From the NCBI GenBank assembly GCA_902634075.1, contig CACPJA010000002.1:49643-113642 (forward strand): a stretch of 64,000 nucleotides of DNA, given 5' to 3'. Below the pieces are notes generated by a model that saw only the letters and a list, made by a program, of their open reading frames with translations, did not search any database and was not told where the DNA came from. Positions within the stretch are counted from its first letter, which is position 1. Every line of letters starts with the position of its first letter. Both the position numbers and the translations under genes were made by a program. This document shows, in pieces, positions 1 through 9,266 of the stretch. The stretch comes from an uncultured Gammaproteobacteria bacterium. GTDB taxonomy: Bacteria; Pseudomonadota; Gammaproteobacteria; Steroidobacterales; UBA11654.

Positions 1-1260
1 TTCTTTTCTTCTTTCTTCATCTTGGATCCTGAACGGCAGTATTATATTTTCTCCTTCGACACCGTTTAAGTTTGTTTGATTTAGGGTTGAATTGATCATC
101 ACTTTAAATGGTATTGAGCTTAGAGCAGTCTCTGAGAAATCACGGTCTGGATTGACTGAGAATAAGTTGCCACCTAGTAAAAAAGCAAAGTCAACCTCCC
201 GTTTAGCAGCAGCTTGTATGCATGACAGGGTATCCATTCCTTGATAATTTGGTAAGGATAAATTGTATCGTTGTTCAATAACTTCTAATATTTTTGATTT
301 TAAGTCATCGCTAATACCCATAAAACCAACATTTTCGATATTGTCATGCCACCTCAAAGGCAGAAGACCTCTACCTTCTTCACCAACCATCCCCCTAAGA
401 AGAGCAACATTACTTATAGATTCAATATTATCCGTACCATTGGTATGATGAGTTAGCCCCATTCCCCATGCAAATACAGTATTTTTTGAGTTAAGATAGA
501 TTGAACTAATCTTTTCAATTTCATCCATTTCAACACCAGATATTTTAGTAATTGTTTCCCAACCTATGCTTCTTACAAATTTGAAATAATCCTCGTAATC
601 ATCACAAAAATCTTTTAAGAATTTCATATCGCAATGCTGGTTCTCAATTAGGTACTTTGAGATTCCTGTTAATAATGCAGTATCTCCACCCACATGCAGT
701 TGACAATAATGGGCAGGTGAAGCCAATTTCTCTAGGCTAGATTCAAGTGATGGATTGACAATTATAACGTCCCCTCCTTTTTGGCTGTGTTCAGATAGTG
801 CTTTGATAAAACGAGGGTGATTAGAAGTAGGATTGGCGCCTAAAACAAAGATCAGGTCTGCCTTTTCCAGATCTTGGTAACGTATTGTTGAAGGACCTGT
901 ACCTATAGTTGAATTTAAAGCAAGGCCCGATGCTTTATGACAGTAGTTAGAGCAATTAATTATATGATTACATCCATATACCCTTGCAAAGATTTGAAGA
1001 ATTAATGCAGCCTCATTAGAGGATCGCCCTGAAGCATAAAAGAAACCTTTATTTGGATCTGCTTGTTTTAATTTCTTACCGATAAGATTTATAGCATCTT
1101 CGTAAGAGATTGCAGAATAAGATTGAGCTCCTTCTTTTTTATAAAGTGGACTTGCAATCCTTCCTAAATCATTCAATTGCTTTGCAGAAAGCTTTTTTAA
1201 GTCTTCGATTGTGTTGTTCTCAAAGAATTGTTCAGGAATAGACTCTGTTATAGCTTGCAT
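1..1260 (-). CDS. FdhF/YdeP-family molybdopterin oxidoreductase, partial (420 codons; 3' end lies beyond window start)
   Basis: Absent from the ORF track because there is no stop in the window. I checked every in-frame triplet from 1 to 1260 on the minus strand and found no stop; the ATG is at 1260..1258. The translation MQAITESIPEQFFENNT...FFYASGRSSNEAALILQIFARVYGCNHIINCSNYCHKASGLALNSTIGTG...LGANPTSNHPRF aligns by eye with recalled E. coli YdeP from about residue 78 onward ([39 protein letters not shown]...GHNPGTNHPRM). Confidence 0.75.
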   Translation of the reverse strand, partial: MQAITESIPEQFFENNTIEDLKKLSAKQLNDLGRIASPLYKKEGAQSYSAISYEDAINLIGKKLKQADPNKGFFYASGRSSNEAALILQIFARVYGCNHIINCSNYCHKASGLALNSTIGTGPSTIRYQDLEKADLIFVLGANPTSNHPRFIKALSEHSQKGGDVIIVNPSLESSLEKLASPAHYCQLHVGGDTALLTGISKYLIENQHCDMKFLKDFCDDYEDYFKFVRSIGWETITKISGVEMDEIEKISSIYLNSKNTVFAWGMGLTHHTNGTDNIESISNVALLRGMVGEEGRGLLPLRWHDNIENVGFMGISDDLKSKILEVIEQRYNLSLPNYQGMDTLSCIQAAAKREVDFAFLLGGNLFSVNPDRDFSETALSSIPFKVMINSTLNQTNLNGVEGENIILPFRIQDEERRKE

Positions 1261-1266
1261 CTTTTT

Positions 1267-4125
1267 TTAAGGATTGACAGTTATTGGTATTTGACTCAAT
1301 TCATCATTACGATTCTCTTGCCATTTAGATCGATGATTTGCAGGCTCAACCTCTACAGCAGTAACTTTATATTCTGGACAATTAGTAGCCCAATCACTAT
1401 TTTCTGTTGTTACTACATTAGCTCCTGTCTCAGGGTTATGGAATGTTGTGTATACAACACCAGCCGGTATTTTCTCAGTGATAAACGCTTTTAAAGTGGT
1501 TTCCCCTTTTCTGCTTCTCAATAAGACCAAAGAATCATTATCAATGCCTCTAGTTGAAGCATCTGCTGGATGTATCTCCAAAACATCCTCATTTGACCAT
1601 AATGTATTATGAGTTCTTCTAGTTTGTGTGCCTACGTTATATTGTACTAGGTTCCTACCAGTTGTAAGTAGTAAAGGAAATCTTCTGTTAGCAGTTTCAG
1701 TTGTTGGAACATAATCCGTTATTATAAATTGACCTTTACCACGGACGAACTCATCAACATGCATTATTGGTGTTCCCAGTGGTGCAGATTCATTGCAAGG
1801 CCATTGAAGACTTCCAACTTCATCAAGTTTTTTAAATGATACACCAGTAAATGTAGGTGTTAGCTCAGCTATTTCATTAAGTATTTCTTCTGATGACTCA
1901 AAATTCATTTTGTAACCCATAGCCGCTGCCAGTTCTTGTGTAATTTCCCATTCGTGTTTTCCAGTTATTGGTTCCATTACGGGCCTAACCCTATTAATTC
2001 TTCTTTCTGCATTCGTAAAAGTTCCATCTTTTTCTAGAAAGGAGGTTGCAGGGAAAAAGACATGAGCAAAGTTTGCAGTTTCAGTTAAAAATAAATCTTG
2101 GACAACAACACAATCCATTGATCCAAAGGCCTCTTCTATGTGTTGAGTATTTGGTTCTGACTGAAGAAAGTCTTCACCTTGAATGTAAATACCCTTGAAT
2201 TGACCTCCAACTGCTGCATCGAACATATTGACTGATCTCATGCCTGGTTCATTTTGTATTTTGACATTCCATTTATTTTCAAAAATTGACCTTACTGCAT
2301 CATCTGTGATGGGTCGATATCCAGGCAATTCATGAGGGAATGAACCCATATCACATGAACCTTGAACATTGTTTTGTCCTCTCAGTGGATTTACACCTGC
2401 TCCTACAAATCCAACATTACCTGTCGCCATAGCTAGGTTTGCCATTCCCATTACCATTGTTGATCCTTGTGAATGCTCTGTCACACCTAAACCATAGTAG
2501 ATCGCACCGTTGTTGCCAGATGCATAAAGGCGTGCTGCTTTTCTAATCGTACTTGCTTCAACACCTGTTGGTTTCTCTGCTGCCTCTGGTGAATTTGAAT
2601 CATCTTTTATAAAGTCAATCCAATCATTAAACGAAGTTTCATCACATCGGTTTTTAATATATTCATGATCAATCAAATTCTCATGAACAGCTACATGTGA
2701 AAATGCATTTATCAGCGGTACATTTGATCCTGGTAAAATTGGAAGATGAAAATCAGCTTTGACGTGGGGTGATTTTACGATATCTGTTTTTCTTGGGTCA
2801 ACGACTATTAGTTTTGCACCTTGCCTTATTCTTTTTTTCATTTGAGATGCAAAAACAGGATGTCCTACTGTTGGATTAGCGCCAATGACCATTATTACAT
2901 CGGCGTTTTGAACACTCTCAAAGTTTTGCGTTCCTGCTGATGTCCCAAATGTTTGTTTTAGTCCATAACCTGTCGGTGAATGACAAACCCTTGCACAAGT
3001 ATCTACATTGTTGTTTCCGAAGGCTGTTCTGATTAGCTTTTGAACAATGTATGCCTCTTCATTGGTGGTTCTAGCAGATGTAATACCACCGATAGAATTA
3101 GTCCCGTATTCATTTTGTATTTCTTTAAAACGTCTTGCTGCAAATCGAATGGCTTCATCCCATTCAACTTCTTTCCAAACATCCTTAATATCATCACGGA
3201 TCAACGGTTTAGAAAGTCTATCTTTATGTTTTGCATATCCCCAAGCAAATCTACCCTTGATGCAACTATGTCCATTATTAGCTCCACCTTCTTTGTATGG
3301 GACCATTCTGACGACATCATTGTTTCTTACCTCAGCTTTGAATGAACATCCAACACCACAATAAGCACAAGTAGTTAAAACTGTTTCATTGGGCATTCCT
3401 TTTTCTGCTACTGATTTTTCTATCAAGCTACCGGTCGGACAAGCTTGCACACAAGCTCCACAAGAAACACATTCAGAGTCGAAAAAGTTATCAGAAACTC
3501 CGGGTTTAATTGTGGATTCAAATCCTCTTGAATCGACAGAAAGTGCAAAAGTTCCCTGGACTTCATTACATGCTCTTACGCACTTAGAACAAACGATACA
3601 TTTCTCAGGATCAAAATTGAAGTAAGGGTTTGATGCGTCCACTTCTGCATCTAGGTGAGTGCAACCATCCTTAAAATCGTATTTTGAAGCCACCAACTGA
3701 TTGTTGTTAAGAAGATTATGATCATCTGCTTGTGTTTGTAGATCACAGTCACCATCTGCTGAACAAGTGTTACAGTCAAGAGGATGATCTGAAATATACA
3801 TTTCTAATAAATCTTTTCTCAATGACTTTAGGTGGGCATTCTTTGTCTTCACCTTCATCCCTTTGCTTAGTGGTGTGGTGCATGAGGACGGATAACCAAA
3901 TCCTTTTCTGCCTTCAAAATCTACAATACAAAGTCTGCAAGAACCAAAGGCATCTATATTATCTGAGGCACATAAACTAGGAATGTCTATTCCAACTATA
4001 GCTGCAGCTCTCATTATAGACGTGCCTTCTGGAACTGTGATTTCAATTCCATCTATATAGCCTGTAACGTTGTTATCAGATTCTATCTTTGGTGTTCCGT
4101 AGTCTTTTTCTTTTAATAAAGTCAT
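1267..4125 (-). CDS. fdsA: NAD-linked formate dehydrogenase alpha subunit (Fe-S N-terminus + MopB catalytic domain)
   Basis: 952-aa ORF. N-terminal 2Fe-2S/4Fe-4S Cys clusters (CASDNIDAFGSCRLC; CIVCSKCVRAC; CVSCGACVQACP) are followed by a molybdopterin formate dehydrogenase domain. The Mo-ligand position carries Cys, not Sec (ARVCHSPTGYG). The start overlaps the fdsB stop as ATGA. Confidence 0.9.
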   Translation of the reverse strand: MTLLKEKDYGTPKIESDNNVTGYIDGIEITVPEGTSIMRAAAIVGIDIPSLCASDNIDAFGSCRLCIVDFEGRKGFGYPSSCTTPLSKGMKVKTKNAHLKSLRKDLLEMYISDHPLDCNTCSADGDCDLQTQADDHNLLNNNQLVASKYDFKDGCTHLDAEVDASNPYFNFDPEKCIVCSKCVRACNEVQGTFALSVDSRGFESTIKPGVSDNFFDSECVSCGACVQACPTGSLIEKSVAEKGMPNETVLTTCAYCGVGCSFKAEVRNNDVVRMVPYKEGGANNGHSCIKGRFAWGYAKHKDRLSKPLIRDDIKDVWKEVEWDEAIRFAARRFKEIQNEYGTNSIGGITSARTTNEEAYIVQKLIRTAFGNNNVDTCARVCHSPTGYGLKQTFGTSAGTQNFESVQNADVIMVIGANPTVGHPVFASQMKKRIRQGAKLIVVDPRKTDIVKSPHVKADFHLPILPGSNVPLINAFSHVAVHENLIDHEYIKNRCDETSFNDWIDFIKDDSNSPEAAEKPTGVEASTIRKAARLYASGNNGAIYYGLGVTEHSQGSTMVMGMANLAMATGNVGFVGAGVNPLRGQNNVQGSCDMGSFPHELPGYRPITDDAVRSIFENKWNVKIQNEPGMRSVNMFDAAVGGQFKGIYIQGEDFLQSEPNTQHIEEAFGSMDCVVVQDLFLTETANFAHVFFPATSFLEKDGTFTNAERRINRVRPVMEPITGKHEWEITQELAAAMGYKMNFESSEEILNEIAELTPTFTGVSFKKLDEVGSLQWPCNESAPLGTPIMHVDEFVRGKGQFIITDYVPTTETANRRFPLLLTTGRNLVQYNVGTQTRRTHNTLWSNEDVLEIHPADASTRGIDNDSLVLLRSRKGETTLKAFITEKIPAGVVYTTFHNPETGANVVTTENSDWATNCPEYKVTAVEVEPANHRSKWQENRNDELSQIPITVNP

Positions 4126-5654
4126 TTTTCAATTAATTCGTTTGGGAAATAATTAATTATAGAGTGAATTGGGTTGGGCGTCATTCCTCCCATTGCACAT
4201 AGCGAGGTGGATTCTAATGTTTCACATAGGTCTTCTAAAAGTATAGCATCCTCCTTAGAGGCTTTATTTTCTTGCAACCGTTCAATAATTTCAACGCCTC
4301 TAACTGATCCAATCCTACAAGGCGTGCATTTACCGCAAGACTCTTTAACGCAGAACTCCATTGCAAATTTTGCTTGTTCCGACATATCGACCGAGTCATC
4401 AAACACAATAATGCCGCCGTGGCCTATAGATCCTTTAAGTTTATCTAGCGATTCTATAGTTAAAGACGTGTTTAACATATTTGATGACAAGTAGATACCT
4501 AAAGGACCTCCAATTTGTATGGCATGCAGAGGCCTATTTGATTTTGTACCAGATCCATAGTTTTCAATCATTTCTTTTAGTGTAATATCGAATCTAGTCT
4601 CAATAAGACCGCCGTTTTTAATATTTCCACATAACTGAAAGGGCATTGTTCCTATTGATTTACCTGATCCAATGTTAGAAAACTCTGAATGCTGTTGTGA
4701 TAACAACGCAGGTATAGTTGCTAGAGTAACTACATTATTTATTAAAGTGGGTTTCCCAAATAAGCCTTTTATAGCTGGTAAAGGTGGTTTTGATCGCACT
4801 AATCCCCTTCTACCTTCAATGCTCTCCATCATTGCTGTTTCTTCACCGCAAACATAAGATCCAGCACCAATTCTCAGTTCAATTTCAAAATTAAAATCTG
4901 TATTTTGAATATTCTTCCCTAAATAATTATTCTTTAATGCAATATCGATAGCATCGTTTAGAAAGTCTTTTGCCAATGGGTATTCAGATCTTAAGTAGAT
5001 ATAACCTTTGGAGGCGCCAACTGCGTAGGCAGCAATTGTCATGCCTTCTATCAATGAAAAGGGATCTGACTCCATAATTAACCGATCAGAGAATGTTCCA
5101 CCATCTCCTTCATCAGCATTACATGCCAAGTATTTTGTAGAAACATCTTGATCAAAGACGGTTTGCATTTTTATTCCAGTTGGAAATGCTGCACCTCCAC
5201 GACCTGTGAGTCCTGATGACTTAATTCGATCTATGGTTTCTTGGTGCCCGATTTCTAGTGCAGTTGACAAGGATTCGTAACCCTTTGTCTTTCTGTAATA
5301 GTCTATATCTAAGGGATCTTGTTGGCCTATTCTGGAAAAGACAATTCTATTTTGATTTTTTATAAAGTCGATTTCATTGATATCAAATGGATTTTTCTTT
5401 TCAAAATCTAAGAAAAAATCCTCTATCGTCTTTAAATGCAATAAATTAGTGTTCCTGTAACTAGCTCCTCTTCTCACTCCTTCCTTTTCAATTTCTATGA
5501 AAGGTTCAAGCCAGTAGGCGCCCCAGGATCCATTTCTAATAATTTCAACACTCTCATCTTTAACTAGGTTTGAGATATTTTTGTAAATCATGTTAGCTCC
5601 AACAGAGTTTGCTGAAGTTTCATTCGGGATATAGATTTTTATAATATTGCTCAT
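4122..5654 (-). CDS. fdsB: NAD-linked formate dehydrogenase beta subunit (NuoF-like, FMN/NAD-binding)
   Basis: 510 aa. NuoF-type motifs GRGGAAFPTG and C-terminal 4Fe-4S ESCGKCTPCR. The N-terminal extension relative to NuoF is typical of FdsB. Sits between fdsG and fdsA. Confidence 0.85.
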   Translation of the reverse strand: MSNIIKIYIPNETSANSVGANMIYKNISNLVKDESVEIIRNGSWGAYWLEPFIEIEKEGVRRGASYRNTNLLHLKTIEDFFLDFEKKNPFDINEIDFIKNQNRIVFSRIGQQDPLDIDYYRKTKGYESLSTALEIGHQETIDRIKSSGLTGRGGAAFPTGIKMQTVFDQDVSTKYLACNADEGDGGTFSDRLIMESDPFSLIEGMTIAAYAVGASKGYIYLRSEYPLAKDFLNDAIDIALKNNYLGKNIQNTDFNFEIELRIGAGSYVCGEETAMMESIEGRRGLVRSKPPLPAIKGLFGKPTLINNVVTLATIPALLSQQHSEFSNIGSGKSIGTMPFQLCGNIKNGGLIETRFDITLKEMIENYGSGTKSNRPLHAIQIGGPLGIYLSSNMLNTSLTIESLDKLKGSIGHGGIIVFDDSVDMSEQAKFAMEFCVKESCGKCTPCRIGSVRGVEIIERLQENKASKEDAILLEDLCETLESTSLCAMGGMTPNPIHSIINYFPNELIEK

Positions 5655-5659
5655 TATTT

Positions 5660-6130
5660 CTATCCACCATCTTTTTCTATGTGATTGATAATTTTTTCTG
5701 TAGTTGCTTCTCCTATAACAGTCTCATTGATCATGACTGAGGGACCAATAGCACAATTACCTAGACAAAAAACTTCTTTGAGAGTGATACCTGAGTCATG
5801 GTTTGTTTCATCTAATGTTAGATTTAATTGTGAAGAAATATCTTTTAATAATTTTTTGCAATTTTGGCTTTGGCAAGCTTCAGCTAGGCAAATTCTTATA
5901 ATGTTTTTTCCAATAGGTTTGGTTCTAAAATCATCATAAAAGGTTATTACATCAATGATTTCCGCTTGAGAGTAATTAAAAGCAGTAGCTAACTGTGCAA
6001 TACACTCTTTAGAGATATACCCAAAATGCTCTTGTAGAGTGTGTAATGCAGGCATTAGACCTCCTTTCTTTTCAACAAAAGGTTCAATAAGAGTTATGGG
6101 TTCAAAAGTATTATTTTGGCCAGAGCTCAT
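5660..6130 (-). CDS. fdsG: NAD-linked formate dehydrogenase gamma subunit (NuoE-like 2Fe-2S)
   Basis: NuoE-type Cys motifs CLAEAC and CLGNCAIGP. The track start at 6136 is GTG. The ATG at 6130 has AGAGGGTGG immediately upstream, so I call 6130. Confidence 0.85.
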   Translation of the reverse strand: MSSGQNNTFEPITLIEPFVEKKGGLMPALHTLQEHFGYISKECIAQLATAFNYSQAEIIDVITFYDDFRTKPIGKNIIRICLAEACQSQNCKKLLKDISSQLNLTLDETNHDSGITLKEVFCLGNCAIGPSVMINETVIGEATTEKIINHIEKDGG

Positions 6131-6404
6131 AACCACCCTCTATACTGTAAACTTCAGTAAACCCCTCACTGATTAGGAACTCCGCTGCATTTTGACTTGA
6201 AATACCTTTGTAACAATAAATAATTGTTGGTATATCCTTGTCAGCTTTTTTGATAAATTCATGAATATCCAGATTCCCAATATTTAGAGCGCCATCAATA
6301 TGAGAAGACGAATAACTATCCTCGTCTCTTATATCAATAAGATAATTATCTTTTGTTAATAGATCCTTCGCCTCTTGAGTTGTAATGTTCTTAAACTTAT
6401 TCAT
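6111..6404 (-). CDS. single-domain rhodanese sulfurtransferase (GlpE-like)
   Basis: 97 aa. Active-site loop IIYCYKGISSQNAAEFL resembles GlpE CYHGNSS. The 3' end overlaps the fdsG start by 20 nt, which implies co-transcription and translational coupling. Confidence 0.8.
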   Translation of the reverse strand: MNKFKNITTQEAKDLLTKDNYLIDIRDEDSYSSSHIDGALNIGNLDIHEFIKKADKDIPTIIYCYKGISSQNAAEFLISEGFTEVYSIEGGYELWPK

Positions 6405-6447
6405 GTAAATTTATGAAAAATATAATATTAAGAGCATTATAATTACA

Positions 6448-7662
6448 ATGATCAATTATGACATCAGTTTATATCAAGATAAGTTTATGAATTACGACGT
6501 TTCTATAATAGGTTCTGGTCCCGTTGGTCTTTGTTTAGCTAAGGCATTGTCTTCTTTAGATCTAAGAATATGCATTATTGATCAACAAAATCAGTCATCG
6601 CTTGAGACTCCTATGGATGATGGTCGAGAAGTTGCGATAACTCATTTATCGAAGAAAATCTTAATTGAACTTGGAACTTGGGATTTAATAGATCAGGAAT
6701 CTGTTTCATTAATTAAAGAAGCGAAAGTAGTGAATGGATTATCACCCTATTCCCTTCATTTTAGCCACCAGGAAACAAAAGAAGAAACATTGGGCTACTT
6801 AGTCCCTAATCACCTTATTAAAGCTGCTGTCTATAGAGCTATCAGTAAACTAAATAATGTCGACTGTCTTACCGAAACAATAGCAAAGGAGTTTCTCATT
6901 ACAGAAGATGGAGTTACTCTCAATCTTAGTAACGGGGATACCATAACCTCGGATTTATTGGTAGCTGCTGATGGAAGATTATCTGGATCAAGAAGGCAAA
7001 TGGGTATTCCATCTGAGGTTAAAGATTTTGGTAAAACTGTTATTGTTTGCAAGATGGAACATGAAGAACCACATCATAATGTTGCTTTTGAGTGTTTTCA
7101 TTACGGGAGAACATTGGCTGTTTTGCCAATGACAGGTAATTTTTCATCAATTGTTATAACTATAGCTTCCGATAAAGCAAATGAGGTTCTAAATCTTTCT
7201 GATTCAGACTTTAATGCTGATATTGAGCAGCGATTTAACCACCGTCTTGGTAATATGAAAGTTTCAAGTGAGAAGTTTTCCTACCCTCTTTTCGCATCAC
7301 ATGCTGATTATTTTCATGCAGAACGCTTTGTGTTAGTTGGTGATGCTTCTGTAGGCATGCACCCCGTCACAGCGCATGGTTTTAACCTAGGTCTACGAGG
7401 AAGCTATAACCTGAAGAAAATAATTGAAAAAGCTATAAACAGAAATTCTGATCCATTTTTCTCTAAAGTTGTTTTAGAGGAATACAATAAACAACACCAA
7501 CTAGTCACAAGACCACTTTACTATGGAACTAATTTGATTGTTGATTTGTACAATAGCGATCGCTTGACAGCAAAATTACTAAGAAGAGCTGCCCTTCGTT
7601 TTGGTAATAATTTTTGGCCAGTTAAGAAATTAATAATGAATCAGTTAACAGAAACCAACTGA
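6448..7662 (+). CDS. FAD-dependent ubiquinone-biosynthesis hydroxylase (UbiH/UbiF/UbiM/COQ6 family)
   Basis: GxGxxG dinucleotide fold (DVSIIGSGPVGLCLAKAL), DGRLSGSRRQMGI, and the family motif LVGDASVGMHPVTAHGFNLGLRG. An alternative start at M14 (6487, MNYDVSIIGSG) would give the usual short N-terminus. Confidence 0.8.
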   Translation: MINYDISLYQDKFMNYDVSIIGSGPVGLCLAKALSSLDLRICIIDQQNQSSLETPMDDGREVAITHLSKKILIELGTWDLIDQESVSLIKEAKVVNGLSPYSLHFSHQETKEETLGYLVPNHLIKAAVYRAISKLNNVDCLTETIAKEFLITEDGVTLNLSNGDTITSDLLVAADGRLSGSRRQMGIPSEVKDFGKTVIVCKMEHEEPHHNVAFECFHYGRTLAVLPMTGNFSSIVITIASDKANEVLNLSDSDFNADIEQRFNHRLGNMKVSSEKFSYPLFASHADYFHAERFVLVGDASVGMHPVTAHGFNLGLRGSYNLKKIIEKAINRNSDPFFSKVVLEEYNKQHQLVTRPLYYGTNLIVDLYNSDRLTAKLLRRAALRFGNNFWPVKKLIMNQLTETN

Positions 7663-7671
7663 TTAACATCA

Positions 7672-8457
7672 ATGAACCCGGAACCAGCATCAACTCTATT
7701 GCTTCTCAAAGATATCAATTTTTCAATAGAAGTTTTTATGATTAAAAGAGCATCCAAAACAAACTTTGGAGGCGCATGGGTTTTTCCAGGTGGTAAAATA
7801 GATAAAGAAGATCTAAATTCAGAGATTCTAAACTTATGTCATGGTTTAGATGACAAAAAAGCCTCCTTAATTCTTAATATAAAATCTAATGGACTTTCCT
7901 ATTGGGTCGCGTGTTTGAGAGAGTGTTTTGAAGAATCTGGCATCCTTCTTGCCTACCGTGAAGATGGTTCTGGTTTCAATCCAAATGATGAAGAAAGTAA
8001 TTTACTGAATATCCTTAGAGACAGCTTAAATAATGGGAAGATAGGTTTTGCAAATGTTTTAAGAGAATTCAATTTAAAACTTGCTGTAGATAAGTTGATT
8101 TATTTATCTCATTGGATAACTCCTAAAATGGAAACCAGGCGTTACAGCACGAGATTTTTTATTGCCAGTATTGCAGATGACCAGAAGGCAATTCATGATG
8201 GCTATGAAGCTGTTGACAGTCTTTGGGTGAAAATAGAACATGGATTGGAAGAATATAATCAAGGTAAGTTTCCAATTATCATGCCGACAATAAAGAATTT
8301 GGAACTTGTCTCTGGTTACGAATCAACACTCTCATTGCTAAAAGATAAGAAAATGATAGAACCTAAAGACATACACCCAATTGAGCCTAAATTCTTTATC
8401 AAAGATGGTAAATTAGTGGGTCTCTTGCCTGGAGATATTGGATATGAAGATCACTAA
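7672..8457 (+). CDS. Nudix hydrolase, NUDT19-like (possible acyl-CoA diphosphatase)
   Basis: Nudix box region GGAWVFPGGKID...ACLRECFEESGILLA. RYSTRFFIA, HWITP and the C-terminal LVGLLPGDIGY resemble recalled human NUDT19 (RFDTAFFL, WLTP, MVHLLPGDELY). Confidence 0.7.
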   Translation: MNPEPASTLLLLKDINFSIEVFMIKRASKTNFGGAWVFPGGKIDKEDLNSEILNLCHGLDDKKASLILNIKSNGLSYWVACLRECFEESGILLAYREDGSGFNPNDEESNLLNILRDSLNNGKIGFANVLREFNLKLAVDKLIYLSHWITPKMETRRYSTRFFIASIADDQKAIHDGYEAVDSLWVKIEHGLEEYNQGKFPIIMPTIKNLELVSGYESTLSLLKDKKMIEPKDIHPIEPKFFIKDGKLVGLLPGDIGYEDH

Positions 8458-9259
8458 GCTCTCACCGATCATTAGAAGAATTACCGCAGGTAACTCCAAC
8501 ATGTTTACCGGTCCAGGAACTAATTCTTACCTGTTAGGCAAAAATGAGGTGACTGTTATTGATCCAGGCCCACCAATGGTCAATCACATTGAAGACTTGA
8601 TATCTCTGACTGGCAAGTCATTAAAACAAATATTAATCACACACACTCATCCCGATCATTCTCCGGGTGCAAGAATCTTAAAAGAAATGACAGGGGTTCC
8701 TTTGTATGGATTAACGACAGAATCCTCTAGAAAAAGGGACGAAGAAATAGCTATTGATAAAATTCTTAACCACGGAGATCAGATTAAGACATCGGAATAT
8801 TCAATCGAAGTTATCCATACGCCTGGACATGCTTCAAACCATCTCTGTTATTTTTTAATTGATGAGAACACCTTGTTTACTGGTGATCATATTATGGAAG
8901 GGTCAACTGTTGTTATTGCTCCGCCAGATGGGGATATGAGTGAATACTTAAAATCTTTGGAATTACTAAAAGAATACCCAATTAAAATAATTGCACCAGG
9001 ACACGGCGATTTAATCCACGATCCTATGGCAATCGTGGATGCTACCATCGAACATAGACTTCAACGTGAACATAAGATTATCGAAAAATTAGAAAAGCTA
9101 GGTCCTGCTAGTGTTGATGAACTGGTAAATGATGTTTATGATGATGTGGCTTCATTTCTGCATCCAATTGCGAAGTGGTCACTTGAAGCCCATTTAATCA
9201 AGTTGATGGCAAATAAAGTCGTTAGTAAAAATAAACAAGTTTATGTTCTGATAGAATAA
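8444..9259 (+). CDS. MBL-fold metallo-hydrolase, LACTB2-like
   Basis: Metal-binding motif THTHPDHSPG, plus HTPGHASNH and APGHGD. The overall order matches recalled LACTB2. The track start at 8438 is TTG; the first ATG is at 8444 and overlaps the Nudix gene by 14 nt. Confidence 0.8.
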   Translation: MKITKLSPIIRRITAGNSNMFTGPGTNSYLLGKNEVTVIDPGPPMVNHIEDLISLTGKSLKQILITHTHPDHSPGARILKEMTGVPLYGLTTESSRKRDEEIAIDKILNHGDQIKTSEYSIEVIHTPGHASNHLCYFLIDENTLFTGDHIMEGSTVVIAPPDGDMSEYLKSLELLKEYPIKIIAPGHGDLIHDPMAIVDATIEHRLQREHKIIEKLEKLGPASVDELVNDVYDDVASFLHPIAKWSLEAHLIKLMANKVVSKNKQVYVLIE

Positions 9260-9266
9260 TACAAAT

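Noticed and set aside
1255-1272. I considered programmed -1 frameshifting on the A AAA AAG heptamer at the fdsA/YdeP-like junction.
   Set aside because: The heptamer begins with the last base of the fdsA UAA stop, so ribosomes terminate before decoding it. The two ORFs are already in the same frame, so a frameshift would not join them. Only stop read-through could, and that is listed as the least likely option in the finding.
3040-3364. The ORF track lists many antisense ORFs of 60-115 aa embedded in long genes. Examples are 3040-3364 in fdsA, 35963-36265 in scpA, 45358-45675 in infB, 52935-53282 in nuoL, 54958-55293 in nuoI and 55971-56309 in nuoH.
   Set aside because: All are fully contained opposite strongly supported conserved genes. 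Their translations are low-complexity (Ser/Ile/Leu/Phe-rich) with no recognisable motifs and no plausible Shine-Dalgarno sequences. They are the expected by-product of codon-biased genes.
1267-4125. I considered a selenocysteine (in-frame TGA) in the formate dehydrogenase or the YdeP-like gene.
   Set aside because: Both ORFs are uninterrupted. The Mo-ligand position of FdsA is an ordinary Cys codon (ARVCHSP), and the equivalent YdeP-like block is NCSNYCHK. No recoding is needed.
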